Positions 29,722-40,397 of a stretch of 64,000 nt of DNA are shown here, in pieces. The position numbers were made by a program, and so were the translations under genes. The stretch comes from Alphaproteobacteria bacterium (GTDB taxonomy: Bacteria; Pseudomonadota; Alphaproteobacteria; UBA7887). The notes beneath the pieces are model-generated. The model saw only the letters and a list, made by a program, of their open reading frames with translations, searched no databases and had not been told where the DNA came from. Location of the stretch: contig CBDCGL010000011.1 of assembly GCA_965216755.1 (NCBI GenBank), positions 288,001 to 352,000 of the forward strand. The letters run 5' to 3'. Within the stretch, counting starts at the first letter, position 1. Every line of letters starts with the position of its first letter.

Positions 29722-29979
29722 TTGGCAATAAAATTCAATGCCTTCGATCTCATTTTCGGAACTTTACGCAAGTCTTATTCGAATCATACAAGAAATCCCT
29801 TGCTGCACCGTGCAATAAGTACAGACGCGCGTTGGAGCGTTGCGGGCACGGAACCAGCCGCCGACGATGTTCTTTCCGATCCCATCGTGCATTGCTTGAT
29901 GAACCGCGATGGAGTCTCGCGCGCCGAGCTTTCGGCGTTATTCGGCCAGACCCGGCGCAGCAATCATCGCGTTCGCTAA
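29722..29979 (+). CDS. small hypothetical protein
   Basis: EPAADDVLSDPIVHCLMNRDGVSRAEL resembles a small-protein motif recalled from Rhodospirillales-type genomes; AAGGA upstream of TTG. Confidence 0.55.
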   Translation: MAIKFNAFDLIFGTLRKSYSNHTRNPLLHRAISTDARWSVAGTEPAADDVLSDPIVHCLMNRDGVSRAELSALFGQTRRSNHRVR

Positions 29980-30021
29980 TACCACACGCTTTACGAGCAA
30001 TGCGCCGCGCGCATGTGGACG

Positions 30022-30843
30022 TCACGTCGCGTGAAAGAAATCGCTGATTGCAGCAATTTGACCTTGCACCATATGGCGCCCCGTATGGGTGGCGCAGCCT
30101 CGACCTGCGGCCGCCTCAAGAAGCGGGGTCATTTCGGGTTTTGTGATTACATCTGCGACCAAGGTGCCGGGGCGCAACGCGTTTGGGTCAATTGATGGAG
30201 CATCACCCGCTGTCATCCCCAGAGGCGTCGCATTGACCACGATGTCGTGGTCGCCGGGTATGGGCGCGCCAACCGAACATGCGACGTCAGGGTAGGCCGA
30301 ACCGATCACGGCTGCGACGCGTTGCGCCTTGGTTGAATCGATGTCAAAGAGTGTCAATCGACTGACCTTCGCTTCGGCCAGCGCGACGGCAATGGCGCTG
30401 CCCGCGCCACCCGCTCCGACCACCAAAACAGCACGCCCTTTGGGTTCACGTCCCTGACTGCGCAACCCGTGCACAAATCCGAGACCATCAAAGCTGTCTG
30501 CAATCCAGCGGCTGTCAGTCTGGCACCGGACCGCGTTCACGCCGCCGGATCGGTCACCTTTCGGCAATACTTCGTCGACCAGCGCAAGCATCGTCGTTTT
30601 GTGCGGGATCGTAATGACGATCCCGCGCAGATTGGTGATCGCGCGAAGCCCAGCCACGGCTGCCTTTAGGCCAGCGGCTGGAATGCGAACCGGGACCATG
30701 ACCGCGTCGACGCCATGGGCGGCAAAATGTGCGTTGAACAAGTCGGGCGAACGCACTTGCGCGATCGGATCGCCGATGACCACATAGAGGTCGGTGGCGC
30801 CGGTAATCAGATATGGCGAATTTTGTTGCGGTCCTGGCGACAT
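30022..30843 (-). CDS. shikimate dehydrogenase family protein
   Basis: IGDPIAQVRSP, ITIPHK, DGLGF, GAGGAG, VNATPLGM. Confidence 0.9.
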   Translation of the reverse strand: MSPGPQQNSPYLITGATDLYVVIGDPIAQVRSPDLFNAHFAAHGVDAVMVPVRIPAAGLKAAVAGLRAITNLRGIVITIPHKTTMLALVDEVLPKGDRSGGVNAVRCQTDSRWIADSFDGLGFVHGLRSQGREPKGRAVLVVGAGGAGSAIAVALAEAKVSRLTLFDIDSTKAQRVAAVIGSAYPDVACSVGAPIPGDHDIVVNATPLGMTAGDAPSIDPNALRPGTLVADVITKPEMTPLLEAAAGRGCATHTGRHMVQGQIAAISDFFHAT

Positions 30844-31027
30844 CGGTGCGCTCCTCTATGGCGTCGTTGCATGCCTATTCTCACCGACCGAAGAGTCGAC
30901 CGATGACCGCATCCTGGTCAAGGGACCAATGCGCAGTTCACGCGTTGCATGAAAATCGGTTCGTGTATATTTGTCCCGATCAAAATTGTCATTTACGGCA
31001 CAAAACTTACAGGTTTGAGATCGCGCG

Positions 31028-31975
31028 ATGACACTCGATTCCCAATGCCAAGCCGTTCTGGATGCGGCCGCCAAATCCGGTTCTGTGTTCGACAGCCGCG
31101 ACCCCCGAGAGGCTCGAGCGCGTTATAGCGATAGTACGGCCGTATTCGCCGGCCCAACACCTGAGATTGGTGGGGTCGAAGAGCGCGCGATCAAGGGACT
31201 CGGTGGCGATATACCGGTTCGGCTCTACTATCCCCAAGGCGGTCGGAACGGCGGGCCGGTGGCGACCGTGGCATTTTTCCACGGCGGCGGTTGGGTGTTT
31301 GGCGATCTGGACAGCCACGACCATGTCTGTCGCCACCTGGCCGCGCAAACGCCGGCACTGGTTGTCGCGGTCGACTACAGGCGCGCGCCGGAAAGCAAGT
31401 TTCCGCAGCCGCTCGAGGACTGCCTGGCGGGTGTACGTTGGCTGATGGCGAACGCGGCCGACGTCAACGCCGACGCCGCGCGGATCGCGGTGGCGGGTGA
31501 CAGCGCCGGCGGCAACATGGCGGCGGCGGTCTGCCAAGTCCTTCGCGACAGTGGCGAACAGGTCCCGAAGTTCCAGCTCTTGATCTATCCGGCGACCGAT
31601 TTGGGTGCGCGAACAGGATCGATCGAGAAATTTGGTCAGGGTTATTTGCTGACCCGTGATGGGATGACCTGGTGCATGGACAGCTATCTACGGTCGGCCG
31701 ACGACATCGACGATCCACGCGCATCGCCGCTGCGCGCGCCCGATCTTAGCAACTTGCCGCCGGCACACGTAATTACCGCAGGGTTTGACCCGCTTCGCGA
31801 TGAAGGCATCGCCTATGCCAATCGTTTGACCGCCGCAGGCGTTCCGGTCAGCTACCAATGCTATGATGGCATGATTCATGGTTTCATGCGCATGACTGCG
31901 GTGGTCGATGTCGCGGTTCAGGCATTGGGGGATTGCGCCGATATCTTGGCGACGGCGTTGGCGGCCCGATCGTAA
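31028..31975 (+). CDS. alpha/beta hydrolase, HSL-family esterase
   Basis: HGGG, VDYRRAPE, GDSAGG, DPLRDEG, HGF. Confidence 0.93.
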   Translation: MTLDSQCQAVLDAAAKSGSVFDSRDPREARARYSDSTAVFAGPTPEIGGVEERAIKGLGGDIPVRLYYPQGGRNGGPVATVAFFHGGGWVFGDLDSHDHVCRHLAAQTPALVVAVDYRRAPESKFPQPLEDCLAGVRWLMANAADVNADAARIAVAGDSAGGNMAAAVCQVLRDSGEQVPKFQLLIYPATDLGARTGSIEKFGQGYLLTRDGMTWCMDSYLRSADDIDDPRASPLRAPDLSNLPPAHVITAGFDPLRDEGIAYANRLTAAGVPVSYQCYDGMIHGFMRMTAVVDVAVQALGDCADILATALAARS

Positions 31976-31995
31976 GCCCGAGAGAGGATAGATGA

Positions 31996-32961
31996 ATGCC
32001 CCGATTTAAGGACTATGTGCCGGGTGGTGTTATCCCAGCGACGCTCGCTGCCTTCCACTCGGATTTCACGATCGATGAGAACCAAACGCGCAAGCACTTG
32101 GCGGATGTGGCGGCGGTTGATGGGCTGAGCGCGATCACGGTCAATGGCCACGCGTCCGAAGTCCATGCCTGTACCTTTGACGAACAGCAGCGCATCCTCG
32201 CGTTCTCTCTGGCGGAAGTGGGTGACACGATACCTTTGATTTGCGGCGTCTATGCCGACGGCAGCCAAGAAGCGGCGCGCATTGCCGCTATGGCTGAACG
32301 GGAAGGCGCATCATGTCTTTTGGTGTTCCCGCCGCAGAGCATGTCGATGGGCGGTCAACTCCGCCCGGAGATGGCAATCGTCCATTTTGAAACGATCGCG
32401 GCCGCAACGGATCTACCCCTGATCGTGTTCCAATACCCCATGGCGTCCGGGCTTGGATACCCCTTCGACACGCTACTGAAAATGTTTGAGGCTGTCCCAT
32501 CGATCCGGGCCATCAAGGACTGGTCCAACGACCCCATGCTGCATGAGCGACACATCCGCGAATTCCCGGCGCTGAGTCGGCCGGTCACCGTATTGACGAC
32601 GCATAGCGCCTGGCTGATGAGCTCGCTTGTGATGGGAGCGGGTGGCCTTTTGTCTGGTGCAGGCAGCGTGATCGCGGACTTGCAAGTCGCACTGTATCAG
32701 GCGGTCGTGGCCAAAGACTTGGCTCGGGCGCAATCGATCAACGACCGGATCTATCCGCTCGTCCAAGCGTTCTATACGCCGCCGTTCTTGGATATGCACA
32801 ATCGCATGAAGGAATGTTTGCGGCTTTTGGGGCGGCTTAACGACGCTATTGTTCGCCCGCCATTGATGAAATTGAGCGAAACTGAGATCGCGCGGTTGCA
32901 AGCGGCTTTGGATGTGGCCGGCATTCAAACCGAGGGCGCGTTCCTCAAAGCTGCCGAATAG
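31996..32961 (+). CDS. dihydrodipicolinate synthase / class I aldolase family protein (not DapA)
   Basis: GVIPATL, NGHASE in place of GTTGE, IVFQYP, Schiff-base AIKDW. Confidence 0.85.
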   Translation: MPRFKDYVPGGVIPATLAAFHSDFTIDENQTRKHLADVAAVDGLSAITVNGHASEVHACTFDEQQRILAFSLAEVGDTIPLICGVYADGSQEAARIAAMAEREGASCLLVFPPQSMSMGGQLRPEMAIVHFETIAAATDLPLIVFQYPMASGLGYPFDTLLKMFEAVPSIRAIKDWSNDPMLHERHIREFPALSRPVTVLTTHSAWLMSSLVMGAGGLLSGAGSVIADLQVALYQAVVAKDLARAQSINDRIYPLVQAFYTPPFLDMHNRMKECLRLLGRLNDAIVRPPLMKLSETEIARLQAALDVAGIQTEGAFLKAAE

Positions 32962-32980
32962 GCGGTAGGGAACCGGCGAC

Positions 32981-34684
32981 GTGGCACAGATTACAGCCGG
33001 TGAGGCGTTGCTCACCAGGCTGGGTGCACTCGGCGTCGACTATGTTTTCGCCAATTCCGGGACCGATTTCCCGCCGCTGATTGAGGCGTTGGCGCGCGCC
33101 CAAGTGCAGCCTGCCGACAGATTGCCGCAGGCTCTAATAATGCCCCATGAGCATGCCGCAATGGGCATGGCACACGGCTACTATTTGGCCACGGGTCGAC
33201 CACAGGCTGTCATTGTGCACACCAATGTTGGCCTTGCTAACGCGGCGATCGGCGCCATCAATGCCGCTTCGGACAACATTCCCTTGCTCCCGTTTTCGGG
33301 GCGCACACCAATCACCGAGACGGGAAGACTCGGATCACGGACGACGCCGATCACGTGGGGCCAAGAGATGCGCGACCAAGCAGCGTTGATCCGCGAGAGC
33401 GTCAAATGGGATTTTGAACTTCGCTATCCGGAACAAGTCAGCGATCTCGTTGATCGGGCATATGCCATTGCCATGTCGCCGCCGCGCGGCCCGGTTTATT
33501 TGAGCCTGCCGCGCGAACCGTTGTGTGAAACGATCGACCAAGGCGAGATCAAGCGTCCGCCGCGGTTTGCGGTATCGAAATCGGGGCTGAACGAGGCGGA
33601 TGTGGGACGGGCTGGCGAAATCTTGGCGCGGGCTGCACGACCCGTCATTTTGGCCCAGCGCGGCGCGGGCGATGCTGCCGGATTTGAAGCCTTGGCGGAT
33701 TTGTCGCAACGCTGGGCTTTGCCCGTCGTGCAATACTGGGCTCTGCGCTGCGCCGTTGGGCACGATCATCCCATGCACGCCGGTTATGATCCGGCGCCAT
33801 GGCTGGCCGACGCCGACGCGGTCATTGTGCTCGATTCACTGACGCCGTGGATCCCGTCATCTCATAACCCGCCGAGCGATTGTCCGATCATTCAAATAGG
33901 GCACGATCCCTTGTTTGCCCGTGCCCCCGTACGCGGATTTCGATCCGACATCTCCCTGGTCGGCAACGTATCCGATGTCGTCGCGGCGCTGGCGCGGGCC
34001 ATGGACGGACACGTCGGTCAACAGGCCGACTTGATCGACGAACGCCGCCGGCGTGTCGCCGAACGCATCGCGAACAACGGAGGCGTAGGTCAGGCGAAAA
34101 AGCGCGTCGGCGTCTCGACGCCTATGACAAAAGCCTGGGTGGGTCATTGCATTGCCGATGCGGTCGCGGCCGATGATGCCATTGTTGTTTCAGAGTTGGG
34201 TTGTTCGCTGGCGACCTTGCGCGCCACACGCGCGGACTCTTTCTATCAAGAGCCGGTCTCGGGTGGATTGGGTTGGGGATTTCCCACGGCGCTGGGCATG
34301 CAGCTGGCGGAACGCAAGCGATTGGTGATTGCGACGCTCGGCGACGGTTCCTATATCTTTTCGAATCCAATAGCTTGCCATCAAATTGCCGAAGCGCTGG
34401 CACTACCCATATTGATCGTCATCTTGAACAACAGTGCGTGGAATGCGGTGCGGCGCGCGACATTGGATGTTTTCCCCAATGGCTTTGCGGCGCGCGCCAA
34501 TCAAATGCCGCTTACGTCGTTGACCCCGACCCCCGACTTCGTGAAAGTGGCGGAGGCCCATCGTTGCTGGGCGCGGCGGGTTTCCGATGGCGACGATCTT
34601 CCGGCGGTGCTGCAGGCGGCGCTGACCGAGATTAAGAACGGGCGCCGCGCCGCCTTGATTGAAGCCGTCGTTGCGGCGGATTAA
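32981..34684 (+). CDS. thiamine-pyrophosphate-requiring enzyme
   Basis: FANSGTDF, PHEHAA, HTNVGLAN, GDGSY...ILNN ThDP motif. Confidence 0.92.
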   Translation: MAQITAGEALLTRLGALGVDYVFANSGTDFPPLIEALARAQVQPADRLPQALIMPHEHAAMGMAHGYYLATGRPQAVIVHTNVGLANAAIGAINAASDNIPLLPFSGRTPITETGRLGSRTTPITWGQEMRDQAALIRESVKWDFELRYPEQVSDLVDRAYAIAMSPPRGPVYLSLPREPLCETIDQGEIKRPPRFAVSKSGLNEADVGRAGEILARAARPVILAQRGAGDAAGFEALADLSQRWALPVVQYWALRCAVGHDHPMHAGYDPAPWLADADAVIVLDSLTPWIPSSHNPPSDCPIIQIGHDPLFARAPVRGFRSDISLVGNVSDVVAALARAMDGHVGQQADLIDERRRRVAERIANNGGVGQAKKRVGVSTPMTKAWVGHCIADAVAADDAIVVSELGCSLATLRATRADSFYQEPVSGGLGWGFPTALGMQLAERKRLVIATLGDGSYIFSNPIACHQIAEALALPILIVILNNSAWNAVRRATLDVFPNGFAARANQMPLTSLTPTPDFVKVAEAHRCWARRVSDGDDLPAVLQAALTEIKNGRRAALIEAVVAAD

Positions 34685-34722
34685 CGCAGTCATGGGATTT
34701 TCCAGATAACAAGGCGGCCGGA

Positions 34723-35673
34723 ATGCACATTGTTGTCCTTGGCGCTGGTGCGATGGGCTGCTTGTTTGGCGGTCTGCTCGCGCGAAAGGGTCATGCGGTC
34801 ATTTTGGCTGATGTCGATCGACGGCAAATTGACGCCATTAATAGCCGCGGTTTGCGGATTGAAAGCGATATCGCCGATCGGCCGATTAGGGTTCCCGCGC
34901 GGACAGTCGGTCAGATCGAGCAAGCGCCTGAATTGCTGATCTTATTCACAAAGACGATGCAGTCGGTCGCCGCCCTCGAGTCGGCGCGGCACTTGCTAGG
35001 TCCGCAAACTTGGCTGCTGACTATTCAGAATGGCCTCGGCAACGTGGAAATTGCGGCGCAGTATCTGGACAAGGGGCGCATTATCGTTGGTATGACAACC
35101 TTTCCCGCGGATCTTGTCGCCTTCGGCCATGTTGTTTCCCACGGCAGCGCCGTTACACACATCATGACCGCCACTGGCAAGGCCGACGAGTTTGTCGCCA
35201 AGACTGCCGAGATCTTGTCCGAGGCCGGTTTGAACGGCGTGGTCGAACCGGATATCGAATCGGCTATTTGGTCTAAGGTGGCTTTTAACGCGGCGATGAA
35301 TTCTCTCGCGGCGGTGACCGGCGCGACGCCGGGCACGATCGGTAACAGCGAACACGGCACCACACTTGCCCGCGAAGTGGTGGCTGAGACCGCCGCGGTC
35401 GCGCGCGCAAAGGGCATTGAAATTGACGAGGCGACCGTAAATGCGACGATCGATATGGCCATGCGCGAGCACAAAGACCATCAACCATCGATGTTGCAGG
35501 ACATGATGGCCGGGCGCCCCACCGAAATCGATTCGCTGAATGGTGCGATCGTCAAGGACGCGGCAAAGGTTGGTGTTACCCTGCCGGTCACCGCCACTCT
35601 ATGGCGGTTGGTGAAGCTGGCCGAGGCGGTGGCCATTAAACAGCGTGCCGATCCGGACAGCACACATTCATGA
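34723..35673 (+). CDS. ketopantoate reductase (PanE/ApbA) family
   Basis: GAGAMG, QNGLG, WSKVAFNAAMN, SMLQD...RPTEIDSLNG. Confidence 0.9.
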   Translation: MHIVVLGAGAMGCLFGGLLARKGHAVILADVDRRQIDAINSRGLRIESDIADRPIRVPARTVGQIEQAPELLILFTKTMQSVAALESARHLLGPQTWLLTIQNGLGNVEIAAQYLDKGRIIVGMTTFPADLVAFGHVVSHGSAVTHIMTATGKADEFVAKTAEILSEAGLNGVVEPDIESAIWSKVAFNAAMNSLAAVTGATPGTIGNSEHGTTLAREVVAETAAVARAKGIEIDEATVNATIDMAMREHKDHQPSMLQDMMAGRPTEIDSLNGAIVKDAAKVGVTLPVTATLWRLVKLAEAVAIKQRADPDSTHS

Positions 35674-37427
35674 GTACGCTGTTTACGCCGAAATTGATCG
35701 GGTCCGTCGAGGTTCCGAACCGCATCGTCATGCCCTCGATGACGACGCGGTCAGCCGATGCCGAAGGCCATGTGACCGACGATACAATCGCGTATTTCGT
35801 CGCTCGGGCGCGTGGCGGGGTGGGATTGGTCACCGTTGAAATGGCATCGCCAGAGAAGGTCGGTCGGCACCGGCACCACGAACTGGGGATCTATGACGAT
35901 CGGTTTTTGCCCGGCTTGTCGCGATTGGTGCAGGGCATCCGTGACGCCGGGGCGCGCACGGCGATTCAGCTTGGACATGGGGGCGGGCATACGCGCGAGG
36001 ACATTTGCGGCGAGACCCCGATCGCGCCGTCGGCCGTGCCACACGACGTGTTCGAAGGGACGATGCAGACGATCGTGCCACAGGAAATGTCGCGCGACCG
36101 CATCGCCCAAACCACGGACGCCTTTGTCGCTGCGGCGGCACGGGCCGCCGAGGCCGGCTTTGACTGTGTTGAGATCCACGCCGCCCACGGCTATCTCATT
36201 TCTCAGTTCTTATGTCCGGCCGAAAACCGGCGTACCGATGAATATGGCGGCAACCTGGAAAATCGTGCGCGGTTTGGGCTCGACATTCTGCGCCGCGTCA
36301 AGCAAATGGTTCCGTCCGTCGCCGTCATATTCCGTCTGACCGTCGAGGATTTTTTTGCCGGCGGCATGCCGTTCGACGAAGGCAGGCGCGTGGCCGCGTG
36401 GGCTGACCAGGCTGGTGCCGACGCTATTCATGTCTCAGCCGGCCACTACCGATCGCAGCCGGGTCACATGATGATCCCGCCCATGGCGGTCGCCGACGCG
36501 CCTTTTTTGGCGTTTGCGGCGAAGATCAGGAAAGATGCGCGCGCTCCCGTCATTGCTGTTGGGCGTTTGGGTGATCCGACGGCCGCGGCGGCCGCCATAG
36601 ACCAAGGCCAGGCTGATTTTGTCGCCTTGGGGCGCGGCCTGATCGCCGACCCTGATTGGCCGCGAAAGGTTCGGCGGGGCAAAGCGATCAGACGTTGCCT
36701 GGCCTGCAACACATGCGTCAACGAAATGCGCGGCGGGTCGCGATTGCACTGCGTCGTGAATGGCATGGTCGGGCGCGAGGCGGACTTTGCTGTGACACGT
36801 CGCCCGCGCGACGAAAAGATTGCGGTGGTTGGGGCCGGCCCCGCCGGTTTGACCTATGCCTCCCTAGTCGCAGACGACAACCGCGTGACGGTTTTCGAGC
36901 GGTCGGGCCAAGCCGGCGGCGCGTTTCGTTTGGTTGGTCTGGCACCGCTGTTTCAAGATGTCGAGGCTCGTGCCGACAGTTTCGCCAATTATGTGCGGGA
37001 TATGGTCGCGGCGTGCCGTGGGGCCGGTGTCGACTTTGCGTTTGACGTCGACGTTGCACGCACCCCCAACATTCTGGCCCCGTTTGATCGCGTGGTTATT
37101 GCGAGCGGCGCGCGCTATCGGTTTGGTATCGGATTTCTTATTCGTGGCGCATTGACGGCCGGTATCGGGCGATGGCCCGGCTTTCGGGATCTTGCCGCCA
37201 GTCACGGCGTGCGAACCTGGTTCTACGAGCGCGGGCGTCGGCCGAACGGCCCCATTTGCATGGGCCTTGTGCGGCCCGACCAAAAACTCGTGATTATTGG
37301 CGATGCACACCGTGCCGGCAAAAGTCGACCAGCTATTGCCACGGCCTTTGAGGCCGCCTTACTTGATCGACACGGTGTCGCCGCGGCGGCAAAGGCCGCG
37401 GCCATGGTTGAGCCTGCGAGAAACTGA
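35670..37427 (+). CDS. NADH:flavin oxidoreductase (OYE domain + Fe-S + FAD-binding)
   Basis: NRIVMPSM, EIHAAHGYLISQF, NRRTDEYGG, CLACNTC..C, VVGAGPAG. Confidence 0.9.
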   Translation: MSTLFTPKLIGSVEVPNRIVMPSMTTRSADAEGHVTDDTIAYFVARARGGVGLVTVEMASPEKVGRHRHHELGIYDDRFLPGLSRLVQGIRDAGARTAIQLGHGGGHTREDICGETPIAPSAVPHDVFEGTMQTIVPQEMSRDRIAQTTDAFVAAAARAAEAGFDCVEIHAAHGYLISQFLCPAENRRTDEYGGNLENRARFGLDILRRVKQMVPSVAVIFRLTVEDFFAGGMPFDEGRRVAAWADQAGADAIHVSAGHYRSQPGHMMIPPMAVADAPFLAFAAKIRKDARAPVIAVGRLGDPTAAAAAIDQGQADFVALGRGLIADPDWPRKVRRGKAIRRCLACNTCVNEMRGGSRLHCVVNGMVGREADFAVTRRPRDEKIAVVGAGPAGLTYASLVADDNRVTVFERSGQAGGAFRLVGLAPLFQDVEARADSFANYVRDMVAACRGAGVDFAFDVDVARTPNILAPFDRVVIASGARYRFGIGFLIRGALTAGIGRWPGFRDLAASHGVRTWFYERGRRPNGPICMGLVRPDQKLVIIGDAHRAGKSRPAIATAFEAALLDRHGVAAAAKAAAMVEPARN

Positions 37428-37433
37428 ATGCGG

Positions 37434-37718
37434 CTAAGCAACCGGTGTCGGCCGTGGATGCACCAGTCTGACATGGTTGTTCGGAGGCCGCACCCCGGTA
37501 TCGACGCCGCCGTCTTGGCGCGTTGCGCGCAAGCACAGAACAGGATCGTTCGGCGTACCGGCATCCATGCGTTCAAGCTTGAAGCTCTCAGGCTGAATAT
37601 CGGAAAAGTCGTTGTGGTGCTTACGCAGCCAGTCGACGACGATTTCTTCGATTTGCTCTTGTGTCAGCGAGACAGTCGCGGTGATCACGCGTTGCCGATT
37701 GGCTTGCACTCGTACCAT
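37434..37718 (-). CDS. small hypothetical protein
   Basis: AGGGA RBS and ATG at 37718; protein-like composition; fills the gap between genes. Confidence 0.5.
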   Translation of the reverse strand: MVRVQANRQRVITATVSLTQEQIEEIVVDWLRKHHNDFSDIQPESFKLERMDAGTPNDPVLCLRATRQDGGVDTGVRPPNNHVRLVHPRPTPVA

Positions 37719-38007
37719 CGTTCGTTCCCTTGGTTTACATCTTCTGGCGCACACGAGACACGGCTCGAGCGACCCAATGCTTTTCGAGAGCCAGCCTCGC
37801 ATAGCTGATGTGTTGCCGCATGATCCATTTGCACCATCTCGCGTCGCTATTTAATTTATTGTTTTATAAGGGGTATTTCTAGATTTCTTGGCGCATTTCA
37901 GTGGTTCTCCGGTGCTTGCGCCGGGGCCGAGGTCGGCTTGGCGGGGTGAGCCGATCTATGACATGCTGGGAGCCGGATTCACGAAACCCAACGGGGAGGC
38001 AACCGAA

Positions 38008-38577
38008 ATGGCACGGGTTCGAGATGTGGGCGCAGAAGAGGTGCCAGAAGACGACCGACCGATCTATGAGAGATTTGCGCACGATTATGGTCCGTTCATG
38101 AACCAAGCACGTGTGTTCGCCCACAGACCGCCGATTCTACGCCATATGATGGGACTGATGTTGACACTCGCGGATGAGGCCATCGTACCCAAACGTTATC
38201 TTGAAATTGCCTTGGTAACGGTTTCTAAGCTGAATACCTGCACGTATTGCGTGACCCACCATGTTCCGAGGTTGATCGAACAAGGCCTGCCACCGGACAC
38301 CGCGAACAATATTCTGGCGCCGGATTGCCCCGGCCTGGATGATGTCGATCGGCTCGTTCGCGATTACGCACGGCAGGTCACGCTTGATTCGAAACGTGTC
38401 CCGAATCAGCTTTTCGAGGCGCTGCGCGCGCATTTCACCGAAGCACAGATTGTCGAACTGACATTCCGCACGACGTTGTGCGGTTTTTACAACAGGCTCA
38501 ACGAAGCCTTGGCGATTGATATCGAGCCGGAGGCAATTGAAGAGATGCTTTCGAAAGGTGGGGCAGCGGCGGCCTAG
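38008..38577 (+). CDS. carboxymuconolactone decarboxylase / AhpD-like protein
   Basis: EIALVTVSKLNTCTYCVTHH (CxxC..H), FTEAQIVEL; GGGGAGG RBS. Confidence 0.9.
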   Translation: MARVRDVGAEEVPEDDRPIYERFAHDYGPFMNQARVFAHRPPILRHMMGLMLTLADEAIVPKRYLEIALVTVSKLNTCTYCVTHHVPRLIEQGLPPDTANNILAPDCPGLDDVDRLVRDYARQVTLDSKRVPNQLFEALRAHFTEAQIVELTFRTTLCGFYNRLNEALAIDIEPEAIEEMLSKGGAAAA

Positions 38578-38659
38578 TCGATGATCAGCGCATGGGGCGC
38601 GGGAATAGCGTCCGCTGTCGGGATGAAAGAATCGATGAGGCACGGGAACACGGATAGTT

Positions 38660-40207
38660 ATGGCCTGGCAAAAACAGCTGGATGAACTTGAGAGGAAGCG
38701 CGCCCGGTCGGCCGAACAGGGCGGCGCCGAAGGTGTGGCACGGCAAAAGGCGAGTGGGCGTCTGACCATACGCGAACGTATCGATCTGCTTCTGGACCCG
38801 GGAACGTTTCGCGAAATTGGCAGCGGCGCCGGTGGCAGCGAGCGCGACCCAGAAGGTCGATTGGTATCGTTCACGCCCGGCAATTTCGTTCTGGGTTTTG
38901 GCACGATCGAAGGTCGCAGATGCGTGGTCGGTGGCGAGGATTTCACCCTCAGGGGTGGTTCGCCGAACGAGGCTGGCTTGCGCAAGAGTGTCTATGCAGA
39001 GCAACTCGCCTGCCAATATCGTGTGCCACTCATACGCCTGCACGAGGGCGGCGGTGGCAGCGTTGGTGGCACGGGCGCCGGCGCTGGCGGAGCGCCGGTC
39101 TATGCGCCACCCCGGTTTCGGTCGGTTGCCGAAGCCATGGCGACCGTTCCCGTGGCCACGGCCGCGCTGGGGCCGGTCGCGGGCTTGCCTGCGGCGCGCC
39201 TGGTCGCCGCCCATCTTTCCGTGATGTCCAAGGACAACGCGCAGGTGCTGATTGCCGGTCCGGCTGTTGTACAGCGCGCAATCGGCGAACGGCTGACAAA
39301 GGAAGAGCTCGGCGGTGCGGCGGTGCATACAAAAAACGGGGTCATTGACAATCTGGCCAACGACGAGGCGTCGGCGCTGGCGCAGATCAGAGAGTTCCTG
39401 AGCTACCTGCCGGCGCATGTGTGGGAAACGGCGCCAATCTTTGAAAACGGTGATCCCGCTGAGCGTCGCGCAGCCGAACTCGTGGATATCGTGCCGGAGA
39501 ACCGTCGCAAGCTCTATGACATGAGACGATTGCTTGCGCTCGTTGTCGACAAGGATTCATTCTTCGAGATCGGAGCGGGCTACGGTCGCGGATTGGTGAC
39601 CGGGCTCGCGCGCTTGACAGGGCAGACAGTTGGTGTTCTGGCTAATGATTGTCGCTATCTGGCCGGTGCCATGACCGCCGACGCAGCGCACAAACTGCGG
39701 CGATTGGTCGAACTGTGCGATACCTTTCATGTGCCGATCGTCAGTTTTGTTGACGAACCGGGTTTCATGATCGGCAGTGCCGCTGAGCAGGCGGGTACGA
39801 TTCGCCATGGCACAGCCGCCGTGTTGACAGCGGCGACCAGCGTTGTGCCCTGGGCCTCCGTTATTGTGCGCCGTTCGTTTGGCGTGGCGCAGGCCGCGCA
39901 CTATGGGCCTGATGGCTATGTCTTGGCCTGGCCGTCTGCGGAGATGGGCGCGCTACCGGTCGAAGGGGGTGTGGCGGTGGCCTATCGTCGCGAGATCGAA
40001 TCGGCGCCGGACCCCGAAGCTCGCCGGCGCGAGCTGGAAGAACAAATGGCCGCGCGTCAGTCGCCATTCCCGCGCGCTGAATCCCTGTCGGTCCACGATA
40101 TTATTGATCCTTGCGATACGCGGCCGCTCTTATGTGAGTGGGTTGAACGCGTACAGCCGATATTGCCCGATTTGGTGGGGCCGCCGCGTTTCTTGCCCCG
40201 GCCGTAG
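38660..40207 (+). CDS. acyl-CoA carboxylase carboxyltransferase subunit
   Basis: RLTIRERIDLLLDPG, EDFTLRGGS, GPAVV, EELGG..H, VDEPGFMIG. Confidence 0.92.
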   Translation: MAWQKQLDELERKRARSAEQGGAEGVARQKASGRLTIRERIDLLLDPGTFREIGSGAGGSERDPEGRLVSFTPGNFVLGFGTIEGRRCVVGGEDFTLRGGSPNEAGLRKSVYAEQLACQYRVPLIRLHEGGGGSVGGTGAGAGGAPVYAPPRFRSVAEAMATVPVATAALGPVAGLPAARLVAAHLSVMSKDNAQVLIAGPAVVQRAIGERLTKEELGGAAVHTKNGVIDNLANDEASALAQIREFLSYLPAHVWETAPIFENGDPAERRAAELVDIVPENRRKLYDMRRLLALVVDKDSFFEIGAGYGRGLVTGLARLTGQTVGVLANDCRYLAGAMTADAAHKLRRLVELCDTFHVPIVSFVDEPGFMIGSAAEQAGTIRHGTAAVLTAATSVVPWASVIVRRSFGVAQAAHYGPDGYVLAWPSAEMGALPVEGGVAVAYRREIESAPDPEARRRELEEQMAARQSPFPRAESLSVHDIIDPCDTRPLLCEWVERVQPILPDLVGPPRFLPRP

Positions 40208-40397
40208 CGAGATCTTCCCGTTTGTCTAGGGGGCCGACCGGGCGTTCACGAAGAAATCCACCAATTCGGTGCCGTCCACCAGTTTTTGGGTACTCGCGGC
40301 GGGCCATCGGATCGTGTAACATCTCGTCAAGACAACAGTTTAAAAGAGTCCGGTAAGGAACGAAATGGCGTAAATTGACAAGGGAGGACCCGCGATC

